The translations under genes and the position numbers were made by a program. This document shows, one piece after another, positions 1 through 9,787 of a DNA stretch of 64,000 nucleotides. A model generated the notes under the pieces. The model was not told where the DNA came from. It saw nothing but the letters and a program-made list of their open reading frames with translations, and made no database searches. Within the stretch, counting starts at the first letter, position 1. Every line of letters begins with the position of its first letter. Origin of the DNA: an uncultured bacterium (GTDB taxonomy: Bacteria; Patescibacteriota; Patescibacteriia; Patescibacteriales; UBA12465); NCBI GenBank assembly GCA_942492765.1, contig OW818634.1:601159-665158 (forward strand). The letters run 5' to 3'.

Positions 1-261
1 CTAGCCTTTGTCGTGCCGAATAAAATATTGTATAATGATTTAAGGACAGAGATGATTAGTTTTGATCCACTAATCCGCTCCGTCGAGCTGTTCGATGTCT
101 ATATCGGCAATAAGCTCGAGGGAGGCAAGAAGAGCTTAGCTTTTCATCTGACTTACCAATCTGAAGACCGGACTCTGACTGCCGGCGAAGTCGATAAGAT
201 CCAGGCCGACCTAGTCGCTCACTTGGCGCATAAATTCGAAGTCAGATTAAGAGATTTTTAA
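1..261 (+). CDS. pheT: Phenylalanine--tRNA ligase beta subunit, C-terminal fragment (CDS enters from upstream of window)
   Basis: Frame 1 is open from base 1. The tail LAFVVP...FDPLIRSVELFDVYIG..KKSLAFHLTYQSEDRTLT matches the conserved C-terminal FDX-ACB domain of PheT. Confidence 0.8.
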   Translation, partial: LAFVVPNKILYNDLRTEMISFDPLIRSVELFDVYIGNKLEGGKKSLAFHLTYQSEDRTLTAGEVDKIQADLVAHLAHKFEVRLRDF

Positions 262-281
262 ATCATTAAATAAAAAATAAT

Positions 282-575
282 ATGTTCTCTACTTCTAGTG
301 ACGTGTTAAATCTAGTCTTATCCGTCTGTCTCATCTCCTTAACTTTCTTCCTTTGCTGGGCGATTTATTACTTCATCGCTAGCGCTCAGAGGATATATAA
401 GCTGATCAAGAGAGTCGAGGTTGGCGTAGCTAAGGCCGAAGAAGTTATTGATATTGCTAAAGATAAATTAAAGAATAGCGCCACTTATTTTATGATCTTA
501 GGGGAAATGGCGAAACGCGCTATGGAATTCGTCCAAGAGAAGAGGGAGAAGAAGGCGGCAGGCAAGAAGAAATAA
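282..575 (+). CDS. Hypothetical small membrane protein (one N-terminal TM helix, K/E-rich tail)
   Basis: 97-aa ORF with a hydrophobic N-terminus, followed by a terminator hairpin. No family recognised. Confidence 0.5.
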   Translation: MFSTSSDVLNLVLSVCLISLTFFLCWAIYYFIASAQRIYKLIKRVEVGVAKAEEVIDIAKDKLKNSATYFMILGEMAKRAMEFVQEKREKKAAGKKK

Positions 576-608
576 GATAGCCGAAGAAGTTTATAACTTA
601 TTGTGAAT

Positions 609-636
609 AAAAAATAGCCCGACTGGGCTATTTTTT
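609..636. terminator. Bidirectional intrinsic terminator hairpin between the small ORF and topA
   Basis: aaaaatagccc-gact-gggctattttt: perfect stem flanked by an A-run and a T-run. Confidence 0.8.
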
Positions 637-662
637 GTATGTTGATGAGTTGGAATTATCGG

Positions 663-2888
663 TTATTTTTTGTAGCCGCAGCCGCGATTGCTGCATTTTA
701 TCTCTCCGTCCTTGTCAGTAACTAGGAGCGCTTCGCAGTCCGGGCACTTTTCGCCAGTCGGCTGGCCCCAATAGGCATTCTTGCATTTCGGATAATTGCT
801 GCAGGCATAGAAGGCGCCGCGCTTGCTGAATTTTTTAACAATCTTGCCATCGCCACAGACTGGGCAGGCGATTTCTTTCCCGTCACCCGGCTGGTCTATG
901 TTCTTGATGTTCTTGCATTTCGGATAGGCGGAACAAGCTAGGAAAGGACCATATTTCCCGACTCTGACTTTCATCGGCGAACCGCATTTGTCGCAGACTT
1001 CGCCAGCGTATTTTTTTTCTAGCTCTAAGGTCTTAGCATCAGGTTCTCTCTTTTCGCCGCCCTGCTCGCCAGACATTTTCTTGATGTTGCGGCAGTCCGG
1101 AAAAGCGCTGCAGGCCAAGAATTTGCCATAACGCCCGGTCTTGATGATCATAGGCGCTCCGCACTTATCGCAGACTTCAGTTGATTTTTCTTCAGGCATA
1201 ATATCGTTTTTATTTATTTCTGTATATTTTTTCTGCAGGTTATCATGAAAGTCATGATAGAAGTCGCCGATGACCGGCTGCCAGCCTTTCTTGCCGTCAG
1301 CGATCAGGTCTAAGTCGTTTTCCATGTCGGCGGTGAACTTATAGTCGACAATCTTCGGAAAATGATTCAAAAGCAGGTCGGTGACGACGAAGGCGATGCT
1401 GGTCGGCTTTAGTTTCTTGTTTTCGTCGCGCTCGACGTAATTGCGGACGATAATCGTGTTAATCGTCGGCGCATAAGTGGACGGACGGCCGATGCCGTGC
1501 TTTTCCAGTTCTTTGACCAGGCTGGCGTCCGAGAAGCGGGCCGGCGGGTTGGTAGAGTGCTGGTCAGTGCGTAGGTCGATTAGGATGACGGATTGTTTCT
1601 CCTCTAGGGATGGCAACTCCTGTTCTTTGGTCTTTTCTGGCCAGATTTTCAGATATCCCGGGAAAACCAGAGTTTGCCCATTGGCGCGGAAGATATATAT
1701 TTCCTTGTTGTCTAGTGCTTTGACGTCGATAGCTGTGGCGGCCATTTTAGCGGCTGTCATCTGGCTAGCGACAGCACGTTGCCAGATCAGGCGATATAAA
1801 CGCTCTTGATTCTTATCTAATTTAGCGGCCAGCATTTCCGGAGTATTGTGAGCTTCGGTCGGGCGGACGGCTTCGTGCGCCTCTTGCGCGCCCTTGCTCT
1901 TGTTCTTAAATTTCCTTCCGCCTTTGACGACGTAGTCAGCGCCGAGATTTTTCTTGATCCATTCCTCGGCATCGCCTAAGAATTTCGGAGACAAGTTAAG
2001 CGAATCGGTACGCATATAAGTAATATGCCCTTCTTCATATAATTTCTGAGCGACAGCCATAGTCTGCTTGGCGCTGAAGCCTAGATGGCGGTTAGCGGAT
2101 TGCTGTAAGGTTGAAGTCGTAAAAGGAGCGCCCGGGTTCTTGCTGACTTCCTTTTTCTCGATCTTTTCGATAGTATATTCGGCTTGATGCAGGATTTTTT
2201 TTAGTTCGTCCGCTTCTGATTTTTTAATCTTTAATTTGTCAAAAGTTTTATTTCTGATCTTATAGAGATCGGCAGTAAATTTGTCTTCTTTGGTGCCGCC
2301 GCTGAAATCAGCCGACAGGCTCCAATATTCTTCCGCGACGAAAGCTTGTATTTCTCTTTCCCTTTCGACTATCAGGCGGGTAGCGACGCTTTGAACGCGG
2401 CCGGCAGACAGGCCTTTGGCAACCTTCTTCCAGAGAAAAGGAGAAAGTTCATAGCCGACGAGGCGGTCAAGCACGCGGCGCGCTTGCTGCGCGTCGACCA
2501 TATTCAGATCGAGATGGCGCGGCTTCTCTAGGGCCTCTAAGATAGCAGTCTTGGTGATTTCGTGGAAAGCGATTCTTTTAGCTTTCTTCTCGTCTAAGCC
2601 CAAGGCTTGGATTAAGTGCCAGGAAATCGCCTCTCCTTCGCGGTCTTCGTCGGACGCGAGAATGACTTCTGTTGCCTTCTTCGCGGCAGTCTTTAGTCCG
2701 GTAACTATTTTTTTAGCCTTAGTCGGGATGATATATTTCGGGGTAAAGCCGTGTTCAATATCGACGCCCATTTCACTTTTCGGAAGATCGCGAATATGGC
2801 CGAATGAGGATTCGACCTGGTATTCTTTGCCTAAGAATTTGCTGATGGTTTTGGCTTTAGTTGGAGACTCGACGATTATTAAAGTCAT
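663..2888 (-). CDS. topA: DNA topoisomerase I
   Basis: TOPRIM N-terminus MTLIIVESPTKAKTI, active-site region ITYMRTDS, and four C-terminal CxxC..CxxC zinc ribbons. Confidence 0.95.
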   Translation of the reverse strand: MTLIIVESPTKAKTISKFLGKEYQVESSFGHIRDLPKSEMGVDIEHGFTPKYIIPTKAKKIVTGLKTAAKKATEVILASDEDREGEAISWHLIQALGLDEKKAKRIAFHEITKTAILEALEKPRHLDLNMVDAQQARRVLDRLVGYELSPFLWKKVAKGLSAGRVQSVATRLIVEREREIQAFVAEEYWSLSADFSGGTKEDKFTADLYKIRNKTFDKLKIKKSEADELKKILHQAEYTIEKIEKKEVSKNPGAPFTTSTLQQSANRHLGFSAKQTMAVAQKLYEEGHITYMRTDSLNLSPKFLGDAEEWIKKNLGADYVVKGGRKFKNKSKGAQEAHEAVRPTEAHNTPEMLAAKLDKNQERLYRLIWQRAVASQMTAAKMAATAIDVKALDNKEIYIFRANGQTLVFPGYLKIWPEKTKEQELPSLEEKQSVILIDLRTDQHSTNPPARFSDASLVKELEKHGIGRPSTYAPTINTIIVRNYVERDENKKLKPTSIAFVVTDLLLNHFPKIVDYKFTADMENDLDLIADGKKGWQPVIGDFYHDFHDNLQKKYTEINKNDIMPEEKSTEVCDKCGAPMIIKTGRYGKFLACSAFPDCRNIKKMSGEQGGEKREPDAKTLELEKKYAGEVCDKCGSPMKVRVGKYGPFLACSAYPKCKNIKNIDQPGDGKEIACPVCGDGKIVKKFSKRGAFYACSNYPKCKNAYWGQPTGEKCPDCEALLVTDKDGEIKCSNRGCGYKK

Positions 2889-2901
2889 AAAGCTAGGTAA
2901 T

Positions 2902-4083
2902 TTAATTTAAATCATAACCGGATTCGCTGTTTTTAGCAATCCCTCGGAGCTCTAATATACTCAGTGTACTATTTATGACCGAGGTGTCAAGTTTGGTTTT
3001 TCTGACGATTTCGTCGGCGCTAATTTTTTCCGCGCGCTCCGAAGCTTCTTTTAATAGCCTATAAACGCTGGCCTCAGCCTCGTTATTAAAGGAGAAAGAC
3101 GGCTGGCGGGTAGTGCGCTTTTTAGCCGTTTCGCTATTAGCGCTGGGATTATTATTAGAGTTTGTATCTAGCCCATAAACTTCTAATATGTCTTCGGGGC
3201 TGGTTATCGTTTTAGCGCCAAGCTTTATCAGCTTATTCGGCCCAGCAGAAAATTCAGAAAATATGTTTCCCGGGACAGCCAGCACCTCCCTATTCTCTTC
3301 TAAAGCATAGCTGGCCGTAATCAAGGCGCCGGATTTTTCTTTTGCCTCGATAACTAAAGTCGCCTGCGCTAAGCCGGCGATGATGCGATTGCGTTGCGGG
3401 AAGTTTTGTTTAAAAGGAGGAGTCCTAGGCGGAAATTCAGAAATTAAAGCGCCGCCGCTATCTATTATCTCCTGCGCGAGCCGGCGGTTGCTAGCGGGGT
3501 AAATACTTTTATAATCCAAGCCCGATCCTAAGACTGCCCAAGTTTTTCCTTTAAGCTCTAAGGCCTTTTGATGCGCTAGAGCATCTATTCCTAAAGCTAA
3601 GCCGCTGATGATATTTATTTTCAACTCAACAATCTCCGGCAATAGCGCGGCAATAGCTTTTTCTCCATAGGCGCTGAATTTTCGCGAACCGACAACGGCC
3701 AAATGATTATCTGTGTCACTATCCAGCCTTCCTTTATAATATAGGACTGGCGGCGGGGATGATATTTCTCTAAGTAGAGCGGGATAACCAGAGTCATTCC
3801 AGATAATGAAAGATATTTCCTCTTTTTCTAATTCAGCAATCATGTTTTTGATAGAAGCGGCTGGAGTTTTTCTCCAGATGACGAAATCTTTTACTAAAGA
3901 CGGCCTTAATCCGGCTCGTTCTAGCTCTACGGCATTCGCAAAAAAGGTTTGGCGCATGTTTGGAAAGAATTTTTCCAGCCTTTTTGTATTTACTGGGCCG
4001 ATTTTTTGGAAATGGTTGAGGGCAAGATAGTAATAGCGGTTTTCGTAATTCATATTTTGTTTAATTTTAGTTAAAATAATCAA
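2902..4083 (-). CDS. dprA: DNA processing/protecting protein DprA (Smf)
   Basis: DprA Rossmann core VVGSRKFSAYG...SGLALGIDALAHQ...GALISEFPP plus a C-terminal winged-helix-like tail. The true start may be the internal MNYENRYYY. Confidence 0.9.
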   Translation of the reverse strand: MIILTKIKQNMNYENRYYYLALNHFQKIGPVNTKRLEKFFPNMRQTFFANAVELERAGLRPSLVKDFVIWRKTPAASIKNMIAELEKEEISFIIWNDSGYPALLREISSPPPVLYYKGRLDSDTDNHLAVVGSRKFSAYGEKAIAALLPEIVELKINIISGLALGIDALAHQKALELKGKTWAVLGSGLDYKSIYPASNRRLAQEIIDSGGALISEFPPRTPPFKQNFPQRNRIIAGLAQATLVIEAKEKSGALITASYALEENREVLAVPGNIFSEFSAGPNKLIKLGAKTITSPEDILEVYGLDTNSNNNPSANSETAKKRTTRQPSFSFNNEAEASVYRLLKEASERAEKISADEIVRKTKLDTSVINSTLSILELRGIAKNSESGYDLN

Positions 4084-4168
4084 TTAGTCTTGACCAATAT
4101 CTAATTATATAGTAAATTTATCTGTTAATAATAACCGCTCTTTAAAACAACAAAAAACTATATAAATC

Positions 4169-4702
4169 ATGAAAGCAAAGCCTAAAGTTATCACCATAGT
4201 CCTTTTCGATGGCCAATCGTTTCCGATTGCAGCCTCCGACGGGAAAAAGATAATTTCCCTGGGAAAGAATATTATCTGGTTCTGTTCTGATTTTACAAGG
4301 TTCGGATTGGATAAGCCTAGTCAGTCAACGAAGAAGGTCGATGTCGTTATCCATGAGATGACGGCCGACGGCACTTTCCTAGAAGTTTTCTCTGGAATCA
4401 ACCCAGATTTGAGCAAGCTCGTCATGACGATGGCTAATATCCTTGATTTCTGTGAGCAGCATCCCAACAAGCTTCACCAAGATGGTTTCGGAACCTTTTT
4501 CTTAACGGAGAAGAAATTGAATATCTTTCAGAAGATATTTCGGCACCTTTTTAACAGGAAGCTGGAATATTTCGTAACTCGCGTGTACGTGCATTCTGTC
4601 GGCTTGTCCGTCTACGTGCATCGTCTTGAGTGCAGCTTCGTCTGGCTTGCCGAGTATCGTCATCGCGTGGTCTCTCTGCGATGTGCACCCTTGAAGGCTT
4701 AG
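4169..4702 (+). CDS. Hypothetical protein (ORFan by eye)
   Basis: 177-aa ORF followed by a strong terminator at 4796-4826. No motif recognised. Confidence 0.4.
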   Translation: MKAKPKVITIVLFDGQSFPIAASDGKKIISLGKNIIWFCSDFTRFGLDKPSQSTKKVDVVIHEMTADGTFLEVFSGINPDLSKLVMTMANILDFCEQHPNKLHQDGFGTFFLTEKKLNIFQKIFRHLFNRKLEYFVTRVYVHSVGLSVYVHRLECSFVWLAEYRHRVVSLRCAPLKA

Positions 4703-4795
4703 CTTTCTTGATATTGTCTCTTTGTCCCTTGGATTCTTTGAATTTAGTCTTAAACTAAACTCAATTGATTCCGAGGGATTTTTATTTTTATAAAT

Positions 4796-4826
4796 AAAAT
4801 CCCCCTAAATTTTTTAGGGGGATTTT
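4796..4826. terminator. Bidirectional intrinsic terminator (serves the 4169 ORF and pth)
   Basis: aaaatccccc-taaatttttta-gggggatttt. Confidence 0.8.
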
Positions 4827-4830
4827 ATGT

Positions 4831-5379
4831 TTATCTTATTTCTTTGATATTGATCTTGGCTGATAATTCTTTAAGCCTCTCTTTTTCTTCGCGGCTTAAA
4901 TTATCCAGGACGAATTTTTCGGGAGGAATATGGGTGCGCAGCAATTCATTCTTGATTCCTAGTCTGAGACGAGTGAACTTTTTAGTCTTGAGATGATCAA
5001 TGATCGATTGGACACCGCGATGGCCGGCGCTGCCGGAATCGGTAGCGACCTTATAAGTTCCGAAGTCTAGATCCAGCTCATCGTGGACAATAGTCAAAAC
5101 ATCGTTTAAGTCAGAATCTTTCTTGCCGATGAGACCGAAATTTTTAGGTAATAGTCCGTAGTAATCCATTATCTTCCTAACGCTGTTTCCGGATTCGTTC
5201 ATGAAAGTCAGTGGCTTTACGAAAAGACAGTCTCCGTCTTCATGGATAAGGGCGCTGAATTTCTTATTCTCCGACCATTTCACGTCGCCAAGCAGGCCGT
5301 CTAAGAAGAGCCAGCCGGCGTTATGGCGCGTGTTCTTATATTGTTCCCCAGGATTGCCTAGGCCGACAATGATTTTCAT
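4831..5379 (-). CDS. pth: Peptidyl-tRNA hydrolase
   Basis: MKIIVGLGNPG..Y..TRHNAGW N-terminus and overall Pth length. Confidence 0.95.
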   Translation of the reverse strand: MKIIVGLGNPGEQYKNTRHNAGWLFLDGLLGDVKWSENKKFSALIHEDGDCLFVKPLTFMNESGNSVRKIMDYYGLLPKNFGLIGKKDSDLNDVLTIVHDELDLDFGTYKVATDSGSAGHRGVQSIIDHLKTKKFTRLRLGIKNELLRTHIPPEKFVLDNLSREEKERLKELSAKINIKEIR

Positions 5380-5382
5380 AAG

Positions 5383-6822
5383 CTATTCTTTAGTAGAACC
5401 GATATCGTCAGACCAGTCTCCTTCCGGCCTGACATTATAAGTAGTATGCGATTTCTTGCTCTTGGTAACATGCAGGCTGATGGGCGTGCCAGTAAAGCCA
5501 TATCTTTCTCGCAGGCGGTTTTCCATGAAGCGGACGTAAGAGAAATGAAGATCATCGTCCGGGCCGATTCTGACGAGAAAATGCGGCGGATTATGATCTT
5601 GCTGGAAGAATTCATAGATGCGCGGAGATTTAGTTCCTTTCCCCTTAGCCGGCTTATGGATCTTAACGACCGACTTCATGAATTTATTGCATTGCGATTC
5701 GCTTAATTCCAATCTTCTCTGAGTAGACACAGTCACGACCAGGTCTAATATCTTATTGACCTTATCGCCGGTCTTAGCGGAAATGAATTGAATAGGCGCC
5801 CAGGTCGCGAAAGGAAACTTATCATAGATAATCTCTGTCCATTTCTTGGGATCATGCTCTTTGATTTTATCCCATTTATTGGCAATAAAGATTAGACTTT
5901 TCCCTCTGTCTTTTATCTCTTGGATAAGCTTGGCATCTTGATGTGTTATCGGTTCGCTGATATCCATGACTAATAGGGCGATATCGGCCCGGTCTAAAGA
6001 TCTTAGGGATTTTTGAACGCCGAGCTTTTCGAAGCCGATGGCATTGCGGCTATGACGGGCGACTCCGGCCGTATCGATCAGATTGATAGCCTGCCCTTTA
6101 TAGATTATCTTGGTGTCTTGAGGTTCGCGGGTAGTATGGGCGACAGGGCTGACGATAACTCGTTCGTAACCGAGAATAGCATTCAGTAGAGATGACTTGC
6201 CGACATTAGGCTTGCCGATGATGCAGGCGCTGATTTTTCCGGTGTCTTCTTCGACAGCCTTCTTATTTTTTCTCGGCTTGTCGATCTTGTCGACGATCAC
6301 GTCGAGGAGATCTCCAGTGCCTAAGCCGCTAGCCGCGGAAATTATATATGGCTCGCCGAGTCCGAGCTGATTGAATTGCGCTGCCTCGGAAGCGTTCTTG
6401 AAATTATCAATCTTATTGGCAACCACCAGCGTTTTCTGGCGATAGCTAGGATTTTTCTTTAATCCGGCCGCCAAGCTCTTGTCTTCCGGAAGCAATCCGA
6501 TCTTGGCGTCGACGACGAATAATATCAAGTCGGCCTGGTCAAGATAGTGGCGGGCCTGTCTTTGCGTCTGGCTGTCGATATCATTCTCTGATATCTTCTT
6601 AGCGCTCAAGGCGCGCGAATCGATTATGCCAGCGGTGTCGACAAGATCGAAAGCGCTCTTCGCCCATTCGACCGTGCCGAGATTGCTGTCTCGAGTCGTT
6701 CCAGCGATATCAGAAACCATCGCTTGTCTTTTTTCGACCAAGCAATTGAAAAGAGTAGATTTGCCGACATTAGTCCGGCCGCAGATGACGACGAGCGGCA
6801 GGACCTTCTTTGGTTTTTCCAT
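5383..6822 (-). CDS. der: Ribosome-associated GTPase Der/EngA
   Basis: Two tandem GTPase domains (GRTNVGKSTLFN and GKPNVGKSSLLN; DTAG twice; NKxD twice) plus a KH-like C-terminus. Confidence 0.95.
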   Translation of the reverse strand: MEKPKKVLPLVVICGRTNVGKSTLFNCLVEKRQAMVSDIAGTTRDSNLGTVEWAKSAFDLVDTAGIIDSRALSAKKISENDIDSQTQRQARHYLDQADLILFVVDAKIGLLPEDKSLAAGLKKNPSYRQKTLVVANKIDNFKNASEAAQFNQLGLGEPYIISAASGLGTGDLLDVIVDKIDKPRKNKKAVEEDTGKISACIIGKPNVGKSSLLNAILGYERVIVSPVAHTTREPQDTKIIYKGQAINLIDTAGVARHSRNAIGFEKLGVQKSLRSLDRADIALLVMDISEPITHQDAKLIQEIKDRGKSLIFIANKWDKIKEHDPKKWTEIIYDKFPFATWAPIQFISAKTGDKVNKILDLVVTVSTQRRLELSESQCNKFMKSVVKIHKPAKGKGTKSPRIYEFFQQDHNPPHFLVRIGPDDDLHFSYVRFMENRLRERYGFTGTPISLHVTKSKKSHTTYNVRPEGDWSDDIGSTKE

Positions 6823-6832
6823 ATAGTTCTTA

Positions 6833-8299
6833 TTATTCGGCTTTATTAGCGTCCGTTCCGATGATCAATAAGAAATCGGGAGTAGAAGTGGCGTTTTGAT
6901 ATTCGCCTGCCCACGCCGGGAAATCGAATGATTGGGCGGCGCCGGTCAAGCTTTTTAGGGCTTTCAATGATTTTTCTTTAACAGTGGTAGTAGCCAAGCT
7001 ATAAACGGTTGTCTTCGCGTAGTCTCTTTCCGGCGAATTCCCGGTTTTAGAAATGATAAATCCAGATTGTTCCAAGATTACAGAGGTCTTTCCGGCTAGG
7101 CCGCTGATCCAAGTTCCGTTTAAGACGACCACTTTAGCCGCATCGCTTATCTTGATTATTTCCTTAGTCGGGTCGGCGATAGATCCTCCGGTCGAGGAAG
7201 CGGCAAAGATATTCTTAACGGCATTTCTTACTTCTGAGAAATTTCCGGAGCGAGGGGTTAGGATATAGGCGCCGCCTTCTCCTAGGCCAGACACTAATAA
7301 TCCATCCGGAGCATCGCTTAAGACTTTATTGATTATCTTGGTGCGATCGACATCCTTGAACATTTCCCAGAGGCGCAATATTTCCCAGGCGTTAAGATTA
7401 GTAGAGACATCCTTACTAAATTCGTTGACTAGCTTGGTAATCATGACCGGGTTCAATAAAGTCTTACTGGAGAGAAGCTTGTCTTTTACCGCCTCAAGCA
7501 CTAATTGCTGGCGCTTGGCGCGGGAAAAATCTGAGCCTTCACCGCCGCCAGCATGGCGGCTGCGGGCATACTTTAGAGCTAAGGAGCCGTTCATAGTTTG
7601 CAGGCCTTTATCAATATGCAGGTGTTCGTAGCGGGAGTAATAATTAGGATTATCCTCTTGGCCGAGAATTGGGTAAGCGTAATCGTCGATCGTATTCTCT
7701 ACGTTGACTTGGATTCCGCCCAGTTCGTCTATTATATTGGAGAAGCCGCTGAAATCTACGCGGATATAATAATCAATTGGCGTCTGTAATAGTTCCGTAA
7801 AAGCTTTTATAGTCACTTCGCCGCCGCTGCCAGGATTATCCTTTTCTGCGTAAGCGTTGATACTGTTAACTTTTTGCCACCCACTGACCGGAGCGACTAG
7901 ATCGCGCGGGATAGAGACGAGCGCAACTTGCTTATCAGAAGGCTGGAGGCTAGCTAGCATGATCGTGTCTGTCAGGTAGGCGCCTTCGTGCCCTTCCCCG
8001 CCCATTCCTAAGAGCAAGATATTAACGCGATCCTCCCCCTCTCCTTTTAACATCTTATCAGAACTGGGCACTAGATGTTTTAACTTGCTTAAAAAGCCAG
8101 TTCCGGAAAACCAATCGGTTCCATTCTGGCTGGATATCAAAATTTTTCCGGAAAAGATCAATCCAACAGCGACAATCGCGATAATATAAGTTACTATCCG
8201 TTTTCTTCTCTTGCTCGGGATGATAATTTCTTCGGAGTCATCTGATAAGCGTCGGGCGCGCTTTTCCTCTTCTTCCATTTTTTGCTTGAAATCAATCAT
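6833..8299 (-). CDS. LytR-CpsA-Psr (LCP) family cell-envelope phosphotransferase with C-terminal LytR_C-like domain
   Basis: N-terminal TM, then the LCP core NILLLGMGG..GAYLTDTIMLASL..VSIPRD. The start codon lies 7 nt after the tRNA-Pro 3' end. Confidence 0.85.
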   Translation of the reverse strand: MIDFKQKMEEEEKRARRLSDDSEEIIIPSKRRKRIVTYIIAIVAVGLIFSGKILISSQNGTDWFSGTGFLSKLKHLVPSSDKMLKGEGEDRVNILLLGMGGEGHEGAYLTDTIMLASLQPSDKQVALVSIPRDLVAPVSGWQKVNSINAYAEKDNPGSGGEVTIKAFTELLQTPIDYYIRVDFSGFSNIIDELGGIQVNVENTIDDYAYPILGQEDNPNYYSRYEHLHIDKGLQTMNGSLALKYARSRHAGGGEGSDFSRAKRQQLVLEAVKDKLLSSKTLLNPVMITKLVNEFSKDVSTNLNAWEILRLWEMFKDVDRTKIINKVLSDAPDGLLVSGLGEGGAYILTPRSGNFSEVRNAVKNIFAASSTGGSIADPTKEIIKISDAAKVVVLNGTWISGLAGKTSVILEQSGFIISKTGNSPERDYAKTTVYSLATTTVKEKSLKALKSLTGAAQSFDFPAWAGEYQNATSTPDFLLIIGTDANKAE

Positions 8300-8306
8300 A
8301 AAATTG

Positions 8307-8377
8307 TCGGGCTGCCGGGAATTGAACCCGGATTACACGCACCCGAAGCGTGCGTAATACCGTTATACCACAGCCCG
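8307..8377 (-). tRNA. tRNA-Pro (anticodon CGG)
   Basis: Cloverleaf read by hand: acceptor CGGGCTG/CAGCCCG, anticodon stem CACGC/GCGTG, loop TTCGGGT, T-loop TTCAATT. No encoded CCA (trailer CAA). Confidence 0.9.
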
Positions 8378-8415
8378 TGATACTGTTAACTTTTATCCGA
8401 TCGGTTTCGGATTTG

Positions 8416-8488
8416 TGGACTTGAGGGGACTCGAACCCCTTACCTCTGCAATGCGAATGCAGCGCTCTACCAGATGAGCTACAAGCCC
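8416..8488 (-). tRNA. tRNA-Ala (anticodon CGC)
   Basis: Acceptor GGGCTTG/CAAGTCC with the G3:U70 Ala identity pair. Anticodon loop TTCGCAT. Trailer CAA. Confidence 0.9.
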
Positions 8489-8501
8489 GCGGTTTTCTAT
8501 G

Positions 8502-8572
8502 TCGGGCTGCCCGGAATCGGACCGGGGCTACATGCACCCCATGCACGCGTACTACCATTATACTACAGCCCG
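8502..8572 (-). tRNA. tRNA-Pro (anticodon GGG)
   Basis: Acceptor CGGGCTG/CAGCCCG, anticodon loop ATGGGGT, T-loop region GGTCCGATTCCGG. Trailer CAT. Confidence 0.85.
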
Positions 8573-8705
8573 GCCAACCAAAAAAAGGCTACGACCCTTT
8601 ATCTCATATTACCACAAAAAATTAATTTTTCAAGCCCGCATCTTCCTATATTATTTGCTAAAAAAAGCTAATTAAATTATACTTATTAATAGCAAAAATA
8701 ACCAT

Positions 8706-9716
8706 ATGTCAGCAAAAAAAACAACCGAATCAGCAAAAAAGATCATCTTTTCCGGCATCCAGCCTAGTGGCAATCTTAATATCGGTAATTATATCGGCGC
8801 TATCTCGCAATGGGTAGAAATGCAGAAAGATTATGAGTGTATCTTCTCTGTGGTCGATTATCACGCCATTACCGTTAAGCAGAACCCAGAAGCTTTGCGC
8901 CGTCGCATTATCGAAGTTACAAAGATCTATCTGGCCGCCGGCATTGACCCAGAAAGGTCAATTATCTTTCAGCAATCCGCTGTTCCGGCCCATACCGAAC
9001 TAGCCTGGATATTTAATTGTTATGGCGCTCGTATGGCCGATCTCAATAAGATGACGCAATTTAAGGATAAGGCTGGTCAGAATCAAGAATCAGTCAGCGC
9101 CGGTCTTTTTGATTATCCTGTTCTCATGGCCGCTGACATACTATTATATAATACTGATGTCGTCCCAGTCGGTGAAGATCAGAAACAGCACGTAGAACTG
9201 GCTCGCGATATTGCTCGTCGCTTTAATAATGAATTTGGTGCAGCCTTCAAAGTTCCTGTATCTATAGTACGCAAGGAAGGAGCCAGAATAATGTCTCTGC
9301 TTGATGCCTCTAAAAAGATGAGCAAAAGCGACGAGAATCAGAATAATTGCATCGCTTTACTGGATTCTCCTGAAGCTGCCAAGAAGAAGATCATGCGCGC
9401 CGTCACTGATTCCGGATCCGATATCGTCTATGACCCGGAAACTAAGCCGGCTATCGCAAACTTATTAACTATTTATGCACAGTTAGGCAATCGCGAGATT
9501 AAGAGGCTTGTTAAAGACAACGCTGGTCGAGGCTATGGTGATTTTAAAAAAGATTTAGCCGATGTCGTCGTTAAGTTCTTAGAAGATTTTCAAGCTAGAT
9601 ATAACAAGATATCTGATTCTGATGTCGCTAGAATATTAGAAGAGGGCCGCCAGAGGGCCGAAGCGATCGCTAGTAAAAAACTGGAAGAAGTTAGAAAGAT
9701 GATCGGCGTGAGATAA
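8706..9716 (+). CDS. trpS: Tryptophan--tRNA ligase
   Basis: Class I synthetase; GIQPSGNLNIGNYIGA (HIGH-equivalent) and KMSKS present. Length is typical of TrpRS. Confidence 0.95.
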   Translation: MSAKKTTESAKKIIFSGIQPSGNLNIGNYIGAISQWVEMQKDYECIFSVVDYHAITVKQNPEALRRRIIEVTKIYLAAGIDPERSIIFQQSAVPAHTELAWIFNCYGARMADLNKMTQFKDKAGQNQESVSAGLFDYPVLMAADILLYNTDVVPVGEDQKQHVELARDIARRFNNEFGAAFKVPVSIVRKEGARIMSLLDASKKMSKSDENQNNCIALLDSPEAAKKKIMRAVTDSGSDIVYDPETKPAIANLLTIYAQLGNREIKRLVKDNAGRGYGDFKKDLADVVVKFLEDFQARYNKISDSDVARILEEGRQRAEAIASKKLEEVRKMIGVR

Positions 9717-9743
9717 GATTTATATTATTGATAAAAATAAAGA

Positions 9744-9777
9744 AGAGCGGTTGTCTGATGACTTCCGCTCTTTTTTT
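9744..9777 (+). terminator. Intrinsic terminator after trpS
   Basis: agagcgg...ccgctct stem followed by a T7 run. Confidence 0.75.
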
Positions 9778-9787
9778 GTTACATTTT

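Noticed and set aside
1477-2910. Plus-strand ORFs 1477-1809, 2346-2531 and 2551-2910.
   Set aside because: They are antisense shadows within topA.
8292-8671. Two ORFs (8292-8558 minus, 8474-8671 plus) in the six-frame track.
   Set aside because: They lie entirely over the Pro-Ala-Pro tRNA cluster, and their sequences are tRNA-derived. They are not coding.
8580-8705. Possible T-box leader upstream of trpS.
   Set aside because: Only about 130 nt are available. I found no specifier hairpin or T-box (AAUUAGGGUGGNACCGCG-like) sequence, and part of the spacer must hold the divergent tRNA-cluster promoter.
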